This document shows positions 12,121-25,080 of a stretch of DNA of 62,000 nucleotides, piece after piece (within the stretch, counting starts at the first letter, position 1; every line of letters begins with the position of its first letter). A model generated the notes under the pieces. That model ran no database searches. It was given only the letters and a program-made list of their open reading frames with translations, and had not been told where the DNA came from. Origin of the DNA: Chiloscyllium plagiosum (lineage: Eukaryota); assembly GCF_004010195.1 (NCBI RefSeq), contig NC_057754.1, positions 12,383,553 to 12,445,552 on the forward strand, read 5' to 3'. The position numbers were made by a program, and so were the translations under genes.

Positions 12121-12644
12121 ATTCCGCAGGGCTGGGGAGAAGGAGTAAAGGGAAATAATCAATTGTGAGACGAGAGTCCGCAGACAACTCTGAAGCACGA
12201 TATAGACAGTGAGTTAAAAGTGGGACATTGTTGTGAAGGTGAGAGGCTGAAGAAAGATGGGAAGGTCGTTCTGGCATTTAACTGACATATCTGAGTGGTG
12301 CTGTCAAACTCTCCTCTGAACACTGGCGCCTTGAGTCTGTCTTAGTCCAACATTTTCCCTGCTTTTCCTACTCCCAGCCACCAGTTGAAAGTTGCTGATT
12401 TTCCCGCAACACAAACGTCCTTGACGTAGAATCCTCCGTATTCGAGTAGGAGGAGACCATACCAGTACAGCGATATTAAGGCTAATTATCAACCGCAATT
12501 CAACTTTCCTGTACTGTCTCTGTATGACCTGCTATGTTTAAAATCGAGTAATATTATGATCTTTTCTTGAATGTGCTCAATGGCCGATTCTCTACTGCCC
12601 AAAGATTCATCAATGTCTGGGCAACGATTCTCACCTCATAGACT

Positions 12645-13510
12645 TTCCGAATCATACAGTGCAGAAAAGGCCTTTGGCCAATTGAGTCCACGCCAAAAAT
12701 AATTACCAATAATGAGCGCTAATCGCAATTTCCCACACGTATCTCATAGCTCTGAAATATACATTTGAAGTGCATGTCGATTGTTTCTGTCGAATTTTGT
12801 AGGGTTTCTGTCCTCCACTACCTTCCCAGTTAGTGAAGTCCAGATTGCCACCATCCGCTGCGGGGTATTGGTTTTACTCAAGTCTCCTGTCCCTTAAACT
12901 AATATTATGCAAACTCGTTATTTAAACCTTACACAAGAGAAACATCTGCACTCTATCCATCCTGTCCATACCACTCATAATATTATACACCTCAATCATA
13001 TTACCTCCTCAGCCTTCTCTGTGCAAGACAAGCAATCACAATCTATTTAGTCTCCTCTTATACATTAATGTCTCTATTCCAGGCAACACCGTGTTGAGCC
13101 CCCACCGTACTCCCTCAAGTGCCATCACATCCTTTCTGTAGAAAGGTGATCGAAGTTGTTGTGGCCTGAATAACACTCTATTTAACTCCAACATTATCTC
13201 TTTGCTCTTATATCCTAAGCCACAACTGATGAAACTTCTTAACTTTCTTATTCAAGCACTCCACCGACGTCATCTGTCTGTTAATAATTACCCCAAAATC
13301 CCTTTATTCCTCGAAGCTAACCACTGTAAATTCTTTAACTATTCCCTCATTTAGTTTTATTTTCTTTCAAAATGCATGACATCGTACGTGGCAGAGTTAA
13401 ATATCATCTGCCACTGGTTTGCCTATCTGATCTAACCATCTATATCTTCCTTCAACCCACAGCCATCTCTTCCACGATAAACCACCTTATGCTTTTCGTG
13501 GTAATCCAAT
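12645..13510 (-). mobile_element. Old CR1-like LINE 3' fragment
   Basis: gaatcatacagtgcagaaaaggcc tail and decayed ORF2 C-terminal sequence resembling other CR1 copies in the window. Confidence 0.6.
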
Positions 13511-13549
13511 TATGTTGTAATTTGAATGCTCGTGACAATGAAGATCTCG

Positions 13550-13870
13550 ATCCCAAGAGGCAGCCCTTGGTTTCACGATCAGTCAAAAGAATCACTGGGA
13601 ATGTATAAAGCAAGGTTACCAGTTTAATAAAATAAGGCAGCCTGGCGCAGTTTTGCCCTGCAACACAGAGGCTTCCATGTTCCATGGAGTAATTGCACAA
13701 TTACAATTGAACAATTCGCAATTTTTATGTTTCTTAAGAGACAGTACAGCCTTAATTACAAGGAAAGTCCAATCAAATGTAATGAGGTGACATGATTGAC
13801 AGCAGGTTAATCCAATGAATGTTTCTTGGGAAATAGTTATGTCTTACGCAAATCATTATCTTATATTGCA
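13550..13870 (-). mobile_element. Decayed L1-clade RT relic
   Basis: PRNIH (~PKIIH), SMEHGS (~SLDMEKA after a frameshift), PYFIKLVTLLYTFP (~FIKWIKLLY), RETKGCLLG (~RGTRQGCPLS). Confidence 0.45.
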
Positions 13871-14309
13871 GTTCAAGATTATTTCGAGTAGTCAGTTAAT
13901 GTCTTATGATTCATTTTATGAAAACTCTATTGTCTGTTTTATCTTCTAATTCAGCTAACTTAGCAAAGCAGGAATGCAGGTTCGCAGTGTCAAATCGTAA
14001 CTTGACGTCATTTTGTTGTGTTTTTTTTTAAGCGAAAAGCCATTTTGTGGTTAATAAAAGCCTACATATACTTGTCGCTCCTGACAACAGCCAAAATTCA
14101 AATTTTAAATTCTCACCTCCCCCCTTTCGTCATTCTATGACCACACCATAAATGTGAAGGCATGGATCAAATTAATCCAATTCGATGGCAGCAAAAGACT
14201 GTCATACTTCCTCCTCCTCTGGGGAGGGACAAGGGGCATAATGACACTTTGTGAAGCAAATTGAAGTCGCTCAACCCGAGTACGTTTTCTGCCTTTGTCA
14301 CCCTCATGA

Positions 14310-16420
14310 CGGTAATACGGATGAACATAAAGGGGCGGTGGTTAGACTGCCTCTTAATGGTGATGTCCATTGTCTGGAATTTGATTGACATAAATTTTAC
14401 TTGCCACTTGACGACCCAAGTCTGGATATTGTTCAGATTGTGTTGCATTTGATTAGATTAGATTACTTACAGTGTGGAAGCAGGCCCTTCGCCCCAGCAA
14501 GTTCACATCGACCCTCCGAGGAGCAACCCACCCAGACCCATTCTTCATTTACCCCATGGGCAATATAGCATGGCCAATTCATTTAGCCTGCGCATTTTTT
14601 GATTGTGGGAGGAAACCGGAGCACTCAGAGTAAACCCACGCAGACACGGGGAGAATGTGCAAACTCTACACAGGCGGGGAATGAACCCGGGTCCCTCGCG
14701 CTGTGAGGCAGCAGTGCTTACCACTGTGCCACCATTCCGCCTGTTTGAGCATGGACTGCTTCAGTTTCTGGGATGTTGAAAATGGTGCTGAAACCTGTGC
14801 AAGCATCGAAGAACACCCCAGATCTGCCCTTCTGACAGAGGAAAACCTTAACCTGGAGTCACTGAGCATGTCGTTGCTCAGCAGGTGCTGCTGGATAGCA
14901 CTGTTGATGCCCGCTTCTATCACTTTACTGATGATGGAGAGTAGACTGATTCGGCGGTAATTGTATGGTTTGCATTTGTCCTGCTTGTTGTGTACAGAAA
15001 CTACCTGGGCAATTACCCGCATTGTTGGGTAGATGTCAGTGCTGTTACTGTACTGGAAAAGCTTGTCGGTGGGCGCACATGTTCTGGTGCAGTCGTCTTC
15101 AGTACTATAACATGGAGTGAGTCGAATTGGCTGGAGACAGTATCTGTGATGCTGGGGACGACTGGAGTAGCCCGAGATGAATTATCCACTCGATACTTCT
15201 GAGCGAAGATTGTTGTGAAAGCATCAGCCTTATCTTTTACACTGAGGTGCTGGCCTCCTCCATATTGAAGATGGGGATATTTGTGGACCTTTCCCCTCCT
15301 CTGAGTTCTTTAATTGTTCATCACCATTTACGGCTTGATATGAAAGGACTAGAGAGCTTAGATCTGAACTGTTTATTGTGGGATTGCTTAGCTCTGTTCA
15401 TCACTTGCTGTTTATACCATTTTGGCACGCAAGGTGTCCTGTTTGGAAGCTTCACCAGATTGACACCTCGTTTTTGGTATGCCTGATGCTGCTACTTGCA
15501 TGCTCTCCTGCACTCTCAGTTGAACTACGGTTGATCCCCTGGCTTGATGGCAATGGTTCAGTGGGGCATATGCCAGGCCATGAAGTTCCAGATTGTGCTG
15601 GAGTACAGTTCTACTGCTGTTTAATGGCCCACAGCGCCTCATGCATGCCTAGTCTTGAGCTGCTCGATTAGTTCAAAGTCTGTCCGAGTTAGGATGTTGA
15701 TAATGCCACACAACATGATGGAGATTATTCTCAATGTGAAGACAGCACTTCGTCTCCACAGGGACAGTGCCGTGGTCACTTTTAAGTACACTATCTGAAG
15801 CTGGGAGATAAATAATGATTAGTTCAGTGATTTTTTTTCGCCTCTTGTTCGGTCCTTCACCACCTGCCACAGACCCAGTCCAGTAGATATAAACATTAGG
15901 GCCCGAGCAGTTCGATGAGTAATGCTGCTGCCAAATTATACTTTGTAGAGGACATTAAAGTTCTCCACCCCGTGTACATTTTGTGTCTTGTCACCCTCAG
16001 CGATAGTAATGGTGTTGTCTGGGGTGTTATCTGCAAGATGTGATTCCATAAGAATGATTGTGTAGGGTGTTGCTTGACCAGTCTGTGAGAAAGCTCTCCC
16101 AATTTCGTCACGAGCCCGCAGATGTTGCTATGGAGAAATTTGCAGGATCTACAGGGCCGTTTATTTCTTTGCCGTTTTCTTTTTTGGCTCCAGGTCCATG
16201 CCAGACGGTACATCCGGTTTCATTTTTTGCTTTGATGCGAGGAATGGTTTGTTCAGCCACTTCGGGAGGCAGTTGAGTACCTGGAATCACATGTAGGCCA
16301 GACCAAGTGAGAGTGGAAGATTTCCTTCCCTACAGGGCATCAGTGAAACAGGAAGATTTTTTTCCCGACAATCAACAATGATTTCATGGTCATCAGTCAA
16401 CTCTTAATTCCAGGTTTTGC
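14310..16420 (-). mobile_element. CR1/L2-group LINE with 5' region, internally deleted and interrupted by a SINE
   Basis: HSNICGLVTKLGELSHRLVKQHP (endonuclease start), NYRRISLLSIISKVIE (RT), LNNIQTWVVKWQVKF. Confidence 0.75.
14451..14740 (-). mobile_element. HE1-type SINE
   Basis: Head cagtggtaagcactgctgcctcacagcgcgagggacccgggttc, core, and taatc tail repeats on the minus strand. Confidence 0.9.
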
Positions 16421-16429
16421 ATTCGAAAA

Positions 16430-16800
16430 AGCTCTCTGCTTATTGCTTCAAACCCATTCTTTTAGATACGAAATGAATAAAGTACAGAAACGGATGGAAT
16501 GCTAAACCAGAGAAAATAATTCCGGGAGGCCATTACGGCATCATGTATTGTCACAGAAATCATTTTGACATTAAAAACTCGTCTGACTATTGGTCGATCC
16601 ATCTTCCTGCTCTTATATCAAATGTTCGCCCGAAATCTACAACCTGCTCCAGCATAGAATAATCAGAGACAGCCACTTTCTTCAAATCCTAGGATTTTCA
16701 ATACCTCTAATTTTAGTTCTTGTCTCAGTAACGATTATGCTTCCCCTGTGCTCGCCAAAGTTCTCATAAAAATCCATTCAACTCACTCTGTTGGTGTGTA
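16430..16800 (-). mobile_element. Decayed L1/Tx1-like RT C-terminal relic
   Basis: ENFGE.GSII (~FEQASGAKVN), LKILGF..YAGAG (~LKVLGIWFGGAG), FIHFVSKRM (~IFQFIWRSKM). Confidence 0.4.
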
Positions 16801-16889
16801 CGTTAAGGTGGAACCGAATGTAGGTCTTTGTGTTTTGGATAAAATTCTGTGCATCGTTATCACTTTATGATTCATCATCCTTCCATTAC

Positions 16890-17480
16890 ATAAGTGCATA
16901 CGAACATAAGATCTAGGAATAGGGCTAGGTCATCTGGTCCTTCAAGCCTGCTCTGCCATTTAATAAGATCATGGCTGATCATTTCGTGGTCTCAGATCCA
17001 CTTAACAAACCTCACACCATAACCCTGAATTCATTCACTAGTCAAAAAATTATCTATCTTAGCTTTAAAAACATTTACTCAGGAAACCTCAAACACTTCA
17101 CATGGCAAGAAATTACATCGATTCAAATCCATCTGGGTGAAAAGTTCCTTCTCAATTCAGTGTTAAATCTATTCTCCGTAATTTTGAGGCTGTTTCCTCT
17201 TGTCCTAGTTTCACCCATCAGTGGAAACATCCTCTCCATTGCTATCTTATCTATTGCCGTAATGCTTTCATATGTTTCTATGAGATCTCCCCTTATTCAT
17301 CCAAGTGCCAATGAATATATTCCACATCTACTCAGTCTCTCCGCAAAAGCCAAACCCCTCAACTCTGCAACCAACCAAATGAATCTCCTCTGCACCACTT
17401 CTAGTGTAGTATATCCTCTTAGAAATAAGGAGGTGAAAACTGCAAGTAGCAGTCCAGATGTGGCCTCATCATTACCATAT
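16890..17480 (-). mobile_element. CR1 LINE 3' fragment
   Basis: aacataag tail repeats and antisense ORF2 C-terminus. Confidence 0.8.
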
Positions 17481-17708
17481 AGACACCTTGTACCTGATGA
17501 TAATAAACATAAACTTCCGTATGACAGAATATGATCAGGATTTGGGTGTCCTTGTGCTAGAATCGCAGGGGGTTGGTCTGCTGGGGCAATAGGTAATTAA
17601 GGAGGCAAATGGAACATTGTCTTTCATTTCTAACGGGATTGAGTTTATAATCCAACAAAAGTAAACGCAATTCCAGAACAGTTATGGGATGATAATGATG
17701 TCTTTGCG

Positions 17709-18440
17709 GAACCACACTGCCGGCTTTACTTCCAAGGTCTCTATCTCTGTGGAACTGAAGAAGAATGAATGATTGCTGGGGTTGAAATCCAATCATTTCA
17801 CCGTGTTCGAAAGGAATTAGTTTCGGTACTTTGGGCGTTTAGATGTTTCGTTCTGGTAGATGAAATGGACATTCATTTAAAAGCAAAAACAGAAATTCCA
17901 GGAGAAACTAAGGATTTTCAGCCGCATCTGTGGAGCGATAATCAGAGACAACTTCTGAGAACTTTATCAGAACTGTATTTTCACCCACAGTTACCGACAA
18001 ACCCCCTGAGTTTCTCCTTTAGTTCCTGCTTTTGTTTCAGATTCCAAGCACCTGTAGCCTTTTACGTTATTCATTAAACCAAAACTGAAAACCCTTTGTG
18101 GTTCCTCACTGGATTAGATTTCCGTTCTGCCAACCGAATTAAAAACTGGAACTGTGCAGCAAAGTGAACTGATGGAGTAAAAACAACGCTAACTCCATCT
18201 CTGGGTGGTTTATCACTGCCAACCTTGTTTAACAATCGAACACACTGACCAATTGCACCACAGACTTTGTGAGCTATCAGCTTTCATGATCCCCTAAAGC
18301 AGGCTTTTAGTGAACTCAAACTTCAGTCTGCCTTGCCCAGAATGATAGTTGTCCTCTCTTAGTTTTAATTTTCCAAAATAAAACCTGGGATATCCATTGA
18401 GGAGACATGGGAACAGTCAGACCCCACCCTCTGCAAATAC
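17709..18440 (-). repeat. Inverted segmental duplicate of 31642-32401
   Basis: Colinear reverse-complement similarity throughout, e.g. gatcccctaaagcaggc near 18288 vs gcctgctttaggggatc near 31778; tccaatcatttcac and ccctttgtggtt are shared. Confidence 0.85.
18196..18267 (-). pseudogene. tRNA-Asn(GTT) pseudogene
   Basis: Minus strand gtctgtggtgcaattggtcagtgtgttcgattgttaaacaaggttggcagtgataaaccacccagagatg follows the vertebrate tRNA-Asn consensus; GTT retained, B box destroyed. Confidence 0.8.
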
Positions 18441-19296
18441 ATCCATTTCACCGGGTACCAGCTCTCCAGCAACCGGGATCGTCTCCCTTCGAGTTTTGCA
18501 GTATACAAACTTCAAAATTTTTCTTGCTTCTCATCGCCTCTCCACTTGGTCAAAACTTCAAGTTGTTTTATTTTTACTATGCGCAAAGACATTACATTAA
18601 AGCAAAACACCCCATAATTAACGTTCAATCGAAAACTAGATAAACACATCAGGGATGGTTAGAACAGCATCATGTTCTACGTGCATTAGTAATCTAAGAT
18701 TGACCCCAAACAATGACAACTGGAATACAACAAACATTTTTAAATTGCAGTATGCAGAAGAGGAAAACGTATCAAAAGTGCAATATCGCATCTATTGGAT
18801 ATGTCATGACTTTTTTTCTACCAGACTACAATAATTACAAGGAAACAGTGATCTCCTCGTTCTCAGTGAGTTTTTTTTTTCAGACATGGAGTTCGTTGCT
18901 TGTAACGTTTACTCTAAACTACAAGCAGATTAATGACGAGAGATTTGTGACGAGAAAGCCATTGACTCTGTCCACACAAATAATAATTATATTAAGAAGA
19001 TATGTTCTATTTCAATATCTGTAGTCGTTTGTCTCCTGTTAACGTACGTGACAACATTAATGTTGAAGTTGGTTATGTTTTCCAGTTGAATCTGAACATG
19101 ATATGCAATTCACTTGACAGAATAGGATTTCCTCAAAACGGAATTAATGAGGAAAGGAATAACTGTGTGACACATTAGAACATTAAAGATATTTGCATGA
19201 AAAGATCAGAGTTCTTTACACCTCAAGGAAGAAGGACATTTCTGCAAATAAAATTTGCCTACGTTTGCCTTGGTTTTAAAAATTACATTATTAAGT

Positions 19297-20204
19297 CTAC
19301 ATTGCTTCAATTAATCTCAGAATTATTCTCTGAGGTGTTTGTAACAGGTTTATCAGCTCTTCCCTAAACTTGCTCTGAGTCACTGCATAAATGCATGGGT
19401 TTAGGAAGCAACTCATCAATCTCAGAAAATCTGCAGTTTCAGTGGCGATATATTTAGGGTCTGTCAGATCACCTTTGTAATAAATTGTACTTGTCATTCT
19501 CGTAATCGTAAAACTCACGACAAAAGTTAACCAAAGCAATATAAAACTGATGGATATGGAGAATAATAATATTATGGATTTCCTTCGGCTCTCTATCTCT
19601 GAATCACTGTGATTTTCACTGGTGCAACTTTTAAATTTTGTTCGGCTATGATTTGCGGCTATGATACGCTGGACAGTTAAAGAATTAAACAAGACAATAT
19701 TCGTGAAAGGAAGCCAAACTACCCAGGCACTATGGAACCAGACAAAAGCTATGCCTGCAGATGAAGAAAAAAAATCTTCACTTGATCGGCAACCCCAGTG
19801 CACATTGTTGATTACTTGCTGAGATTCATACGCAAACAACACAGGGATGTTTTTCAGCACAATGACAATCGAGATGCTTGTTACAACAGCAGTTGCAATT
19901 CTTTTTGTGCAAAACTTTGTTTTAAACTTCTGGGAGCAAATGACAACAAATCGATCAAATGTGAAGGAGACGATACTCCAAACAGACAAATCGAGAGCAA
20001 CAACAATGATGTATATAATGATGGTACAAACAGGGGTGTAAGACAGGAATAGAAGTGGAAAGTGATAGCTCAAAATGTAATACAATATAACGTAGCTGCT
20101 AAGGACAAGAAGATCTGCTATTGCCATGGTCACCATATAAACAGTGATGCACTTGGAAAGTCCACAGTTTCCTCGTAAGAGAATTACAATTGACATCAGG
20201 TTTG
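19297..20204 (-). CDS. Class A GPCR, GPR139/GPR142-like, exon 2
   Basis: Acceptor ttttgtcttacag at 20217-20205; reads (A)NLMSIVILLRGNCGLSKC..MAIADLL..FTFDRFVVIC..NPCIY..FREEL with hydrophobic TM segments and no internal stop. Confidence 0.93.
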
Positions 20205-20574
20205 CTGTAAGACAAAATTAAGTGTGAGTAAGACTACATTTCTGTGCGTGATTGAATTATAAAAGAAGATTATCAGTTGATAACATGTAAAAGCATGTGA
20301 TGTGATTTACAATGTGGCATAACCACATGTACATTTTGCTGATCTGATCACCCTTCACTGGATCAGAAGACTGTCTTAAAATTCTCATACGTTTTTGAAC
20401 TGAACATTGATATCAAATCAGAGAGATTTTCAGATGAAGGAAAATTTGAAACCTTGAAGCAACGTTGGTTGGTGAGTTTATCCAGGATCAATCTATTACA
20501 GAGCATAGATAAAGCATGTGTTTTGAAGTTGAAAGCTGTGAACATCGATTAACAACAAACATCACAGGACTCAC

Positions 20575-20644
20575 CGGGAAGGGCAATAGCTGCGAGAATC
20601 GGGTAATAAATCTCCTTCACCAGTATAATACTTGGCTTCCCCAT
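20575..20644 (-). CDS. Class A GPCR, exon 1
   Basis: ATG at 20644; MGKPSIILVKEIYYPILAAIALP+G; gtgagt donor at 20574-20569. The phase-1 intron joins in frame (G|CA = Ala) to give a 978-nt CDS. Confidence 0.88.
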
Positions 20645-20723
20645 TTTTTTAATGACAGCATATGAATTCTGTAAGTTCTGGAATAAGTGACAAATGCACT
20701 CAAAGACAGTAAAACTATCTCAT

Positions 20724-20730
20724 ATTTATA
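20724..20730 (-). promoter_or_regulatory. Candidate TATA box of the GPCR gene
   Basis: TATAAAT on the minus strand, 80 nt upstream of the ATG. Confidence 0.5.
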
Positions 20731-21447
20731 TTGCTATGACATCTCCAGGGAGAAAAATCATTTGTTTGGAGCAAAAATCAAATAAATGCGCTAATGGCAG
20801 GTGTTCTACTCCCCTGACACACAAGACAATTAAACACAGCAATTAACAAGTGAAGCTCCGTGTACTGAGAGCGAGCTTTGCACGAGATCCCTGGTGATAG
20901 GAGTTCTTCTTCGATGGAATCAACGTGAATATCTGAAAATGTCCCACAATTCAGAAATCATTTAAATGAAAACTCACACAATGCTACTGTAGCTCAAAGC
21001 ATCTTTGTTTTTGTTAATAAAATTGAGTTGGCAAAAAAGAAATCCTCACATAATACACCTTACCTTTTTTCATTGGAACAACTCCTACTTCCAAACTTGA
21101 TTTTAATGAATCACATTTGTGGCAACTTTAACTTTTTCCTAACGTTTACCTATCACTGTATATCAACACTGGTCCCTTTGATCCATAAACTTCAATGTTC
21201 TTCTTTAATGTTTCAAATTATCCATCATGAGTGGAACTTCCTGAACAAATCTTATAATGCATTATTCGGTTTATTCTTAACATCACTGCAGTCATAACGT
21301 CTTGTTGATAAATATTCCTTTATCTTCTGCAGTTGCAAGCCAAACTGGATTATTTGATAGGGAGACTGCCAATGTTATATCTGACAGATGCATACCTCAG
21401 GATTTGTTCAGATTCAGCAGTCTGATGTTATTTCATTTTTGGGTAGG

Positions 21448-21982
21448 CGAGAGGTATGCATCACCAGGACCAGATAGGATCTATCCCAGGTTGCTGAGGG
21501 AGGCGAGAGAGGGAATAGTTGGGGCCCTGACAGATATCTTTGTGGCATCTATAAATACAGGTGAGGTGCTGGACAACTGGAAGGTTACTCATGTTGTTCC
21601 CCTGCACAAGAATGGTACTAGGGATATTCCAGGAAACTGCAAACGAGTTAGCCTGACGTCGGTGGTGCGAAGGTTGCTGGAGAGGGTACTGAGGGATAGA
21701 ATCGATTTATATTTAGTAAAGAATGTGCTTCTCAGTAATGGGCCACATGGTTTTGTTCGGGGGAGATCGTAATTTACCAACTGAATAGAATTCTTTGTGG
21801 AAGTGAGCATGTTGATAGATGAAAGAAGGGCTGTTGATGTCATATACATGGACTTTAGTAAGGCGTTTGATAAGGTTCCCCATGGTAGACTAATGGAGAA
21901 AGTGAAGTCACATGGTGTGCAGCGTGTTCTCGCTAGGTGGATAAAGGACTGGTTGAGCAACAGGAGGCGGGGAGTAGTAGTT
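21448..21982 (+). mobile_element. CR1 LINE, 5' part of host copy (RT)
   Basis: SPGPDRIYPRLLRE, VSLTSVVRRLLE, HGFVRGRS, YMDFSKAFDKVPHGRL; frame resumes at 25081. Confidence 0.92.
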
Positions 21983-24900
21983 AGAGTCATAGAGAGTCAT
22001 TGAGATGTACAGCATGGAAACAGACCCTTCGGACCAACCCGTCCATGCCGACCAGATATCTCAACCCAATCTATTCCCACCTGCATGCACCCGGCCCATA
22101 TCCCTCCAAACCCTTCCTATAATATACCCATCCAAATACCTCTTAAGTGTTGCAATTGTACCAGCCTCCACCACATCCTCTGGCAGCTTATTCCATACAC
22201 GTACCACCCTCTGCATGAAAGCGTTAACCCTTCGGTCTCTTTAATATCTTTCCCCTCTCACCCTAAACATGTGGCCTCTCATTCTGGACTCCCCGACCCC
22301 AGGGAAAAGACTTTGTCAATTTATCCTATGCATGCCCCTCATAATTTTGTAAACCTTTATATTGTCACCCCTCAGCCTCCGACGCTCCTGGGAAAAAAAG
22401 CCCCAGCATTTTCAGCCTCTCCCTGTAGTTCAAATCCTCCAACCCTGGCAATATCCTTGTAAATCTTTTCTGAACCCTTTCAAGTTTCACAATATCTTTC
22501 CGATACGAAGGAGAACAGAATTGCACGCAATATTTCAACAGTGACCTGTACAGCTGCAACATGACCTCACAACTCCTGTCCTCAATACTCTGACCAATAA
22601 AGCAAAAGTACCAAACGCCCAATTCACTATCCTATCGACCTGCGACTCCACTTTCAAGAAGCTATGAACCTGCAATCCAAGGTCTCTTTGTTCAGCAACA
22701 CTCCCTAGGACCCTACCATTAAATGTATTAGTCCTGCAAAGACTTGCTTTCCCAAAATGCAGTACCTCGCATTTATCTGAACTAAACTCCATCTGCCACT
22801 TCTCAGCCCATCGGCCCATCTGGTCGAGATCCTGTTGTAATCTGAGGTAATCCTCTTCGCTGTCCAATACACCTCCAATTTTGGTGTCATCTGCAAACTT
22901 ACTAACTGTACCTCTTATGCTTGCATCCAAATCATTTATGTAAATGACAAAAAGTAGAGAATCCAACACCGATCCTTGTGGCACTCCACTGGTCACAGAT
23001 CTCCAGTCTGAAAAACAACCCTCCACCACCACCCTGTCTTCTAATTTTGAGCCAGTTCTGTATCCAAATGGCTACTTCACCTTGTGTTCCATAACATCTA
23101 CCAGCCTTCCCTTTATCCACCTTTAACTGTTTCAAGGCATCCAGCACTTCCTCCTCTGTAATCTGGACGATTTGCAAGATGTCACCATCTATTTCACTAC
23201 AGTCTACATCTTCCATATCCTTTTCCAATGTAAATACTGATGCATTTAGTATCTCCCCCATTTTCTGTGGCTCCACACAAAGGCCACCTTGCTGATCTTT
23301 GAGGGGCCCTAGTCTCTCCCTAGTTACCCTTTTGTCCTTAATATATTTGTAAAAACCCTTTGGATTCTCCTTAATTCTATTTGCCAAAGCTATCTCATGT
23401 CCCCGTTTTGCCCTCCTGATTTCCCTCTTAAGTATACTCCTACTTCCTTTATACTCTTCTAAGGATTCACTCGATCTATCCTGTCTGTACCTAACATATG
23501 TTTCCATCTTTTTCTTAACCAAACCCTCAATTTCTTTAGTCATCCAGCATTCCCTATACCTACCAGGCTTCCCTTTCACCCTGACAGGACTATACTTTCC
23601 CTGGATTTTTGTTATCTCATTTCTGAATGCTTCCCATTTTCCAGTCGTCCCTTTACCTGCGAACGTCTGCCTCCAATCAGCTTTCAAAAGTTCTTGCCTA
23701 AAACCGTCAAAATTGGCCTTTCTCCAATTTAGAACTTCAAATTTTAGATCTGGTCTATTCTTTTCCATCACTATTTCAACTCTAATAGAATTATGGTCGC
23801 TGGCCCCAAAGTGCTCCTCCACTGACACCTCAGTCACCTGGCCTGCCTTATTTCCCAAGAGTTGGTCAAGTTTTGCACCTTCTCTAGTAGGTAGATCCAC
23901 ACACTGAAACAAAACATTTTCTTCTACACACTTTAGAAATTCCTCTCCAGCTAAACGTTTAACACTATGGCAGTCCCAGTCGATGTTTTGAAAGTTAAAA
24001 TCCCCTACCATAACTACCCTATTGTTCTTACAGATAGCTGAGATCTCCTTACAAGGTTGTTTCTCAATTTCCCTCTGACTATTAGGGGGTCTATAATACA
24101 ATCCCAATAAGGTGATCATCCCTTTCTTATTTCTCAGTTCCACCCAAATAACTTGCCAGGATGTATTTTCGGGAATATCCTCCGTCAGCACAGCTGTAAT
24201 GCTATCCCTTATCAAAAATGCCACTCCCCCTCATCTCTTGCCTCCCTTTCTATCCTTCCTGTACCATTTGCATCCTGGAATATTAAGTTGCCAGTTCTGC
24301 CCATCCCTGAGTCACGTTTCTGTAATTGCTATGATATCCCAGTCCCATGTTCCTAACCATGCCTTGAGTTCATCTGCCTTCCCTTTTAGGCCCCTTACAT
24401 TGAAATAAATGCAGTTTAACTTTTTAGTCCTACCTTGTCTCTGCTTGCCCTGACTGTTTAACTCGCTTCTGTTCTCAATTGTACCCGTCTCAGATCGATC
24501 TCTTTCCTCACTATCTCCCTGGGTTCAACCTCACTCCCTACCCCCACCCGCCCCCCACTCCACCACCAAACTTACTAGTTTAAGTCCTCCCAAGCAGTTC
24601 TAGCAAATTTCCCTGCCAATATATTAGTCCCACTCCTATTTAGGTGCAATTCGTCCTTTTTGTACAGGTGACTTCTACCCCAAATGAGATTCCAATGATC
24701 CAAAAATGTGAATCCTTCTCGCATACACCAGCTCCTCAGCCATGCATTCATCGGCTCTATCCTCCAATTCCTGCCCTCACTTGCTCTTGGCACTGGGAGT
24801 AATCCAAATATTACTACCCTTGAGGACCTCATTTTTTAAAATTTCTGCTTAACTTTCTGTAATCTCCCTTCAGAATCTCAACATTTTTCCTTCTATGCCG

Positions 24901-25076
24901 TTGGTTCCAATGTGGACAATGACTTCCTGCTAGCCCCTCTCCCCCGTGAGAACTTTCTGCACCCTCTCTGAGACATCCTTGATCCTTGCACAGGGAAACA
25001 ACACACCATTCTGTTTTTTTCTCCGCTGGCCACAGAAACGTCTGTCCGGTCCTCGGTCTACAGAATCCCCTAACAC
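21983..25076 (-). mobile_element. CR1 LINE nested in another CR1: ORF1 esterase, endonuclease, internally deleted RT, 3' tail
   Basis: ORF1 GLLPVPR..LHLNRSG; ORF2 YYRPP, VGDFNF, GASDHN; SGVPQGSVL, FADDTK; agagtcat tail repeats; agtt at both junctions. Confidence 0.93.
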
Positions 25077-25080
25077 AGTT

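Noticed and set aside
13678..13697. Resemblance to the tRNA-Gln 5' end (gttccatggagtaattg)
   Set aside because: Under 20 nt with no downstream tRNA body; better explained by the L1 relic on the other strand.
16971..17534. 187-aa ORF
   Set aside because: Antisense of a CR1 ORF2 C-terminus and 3' UTR.
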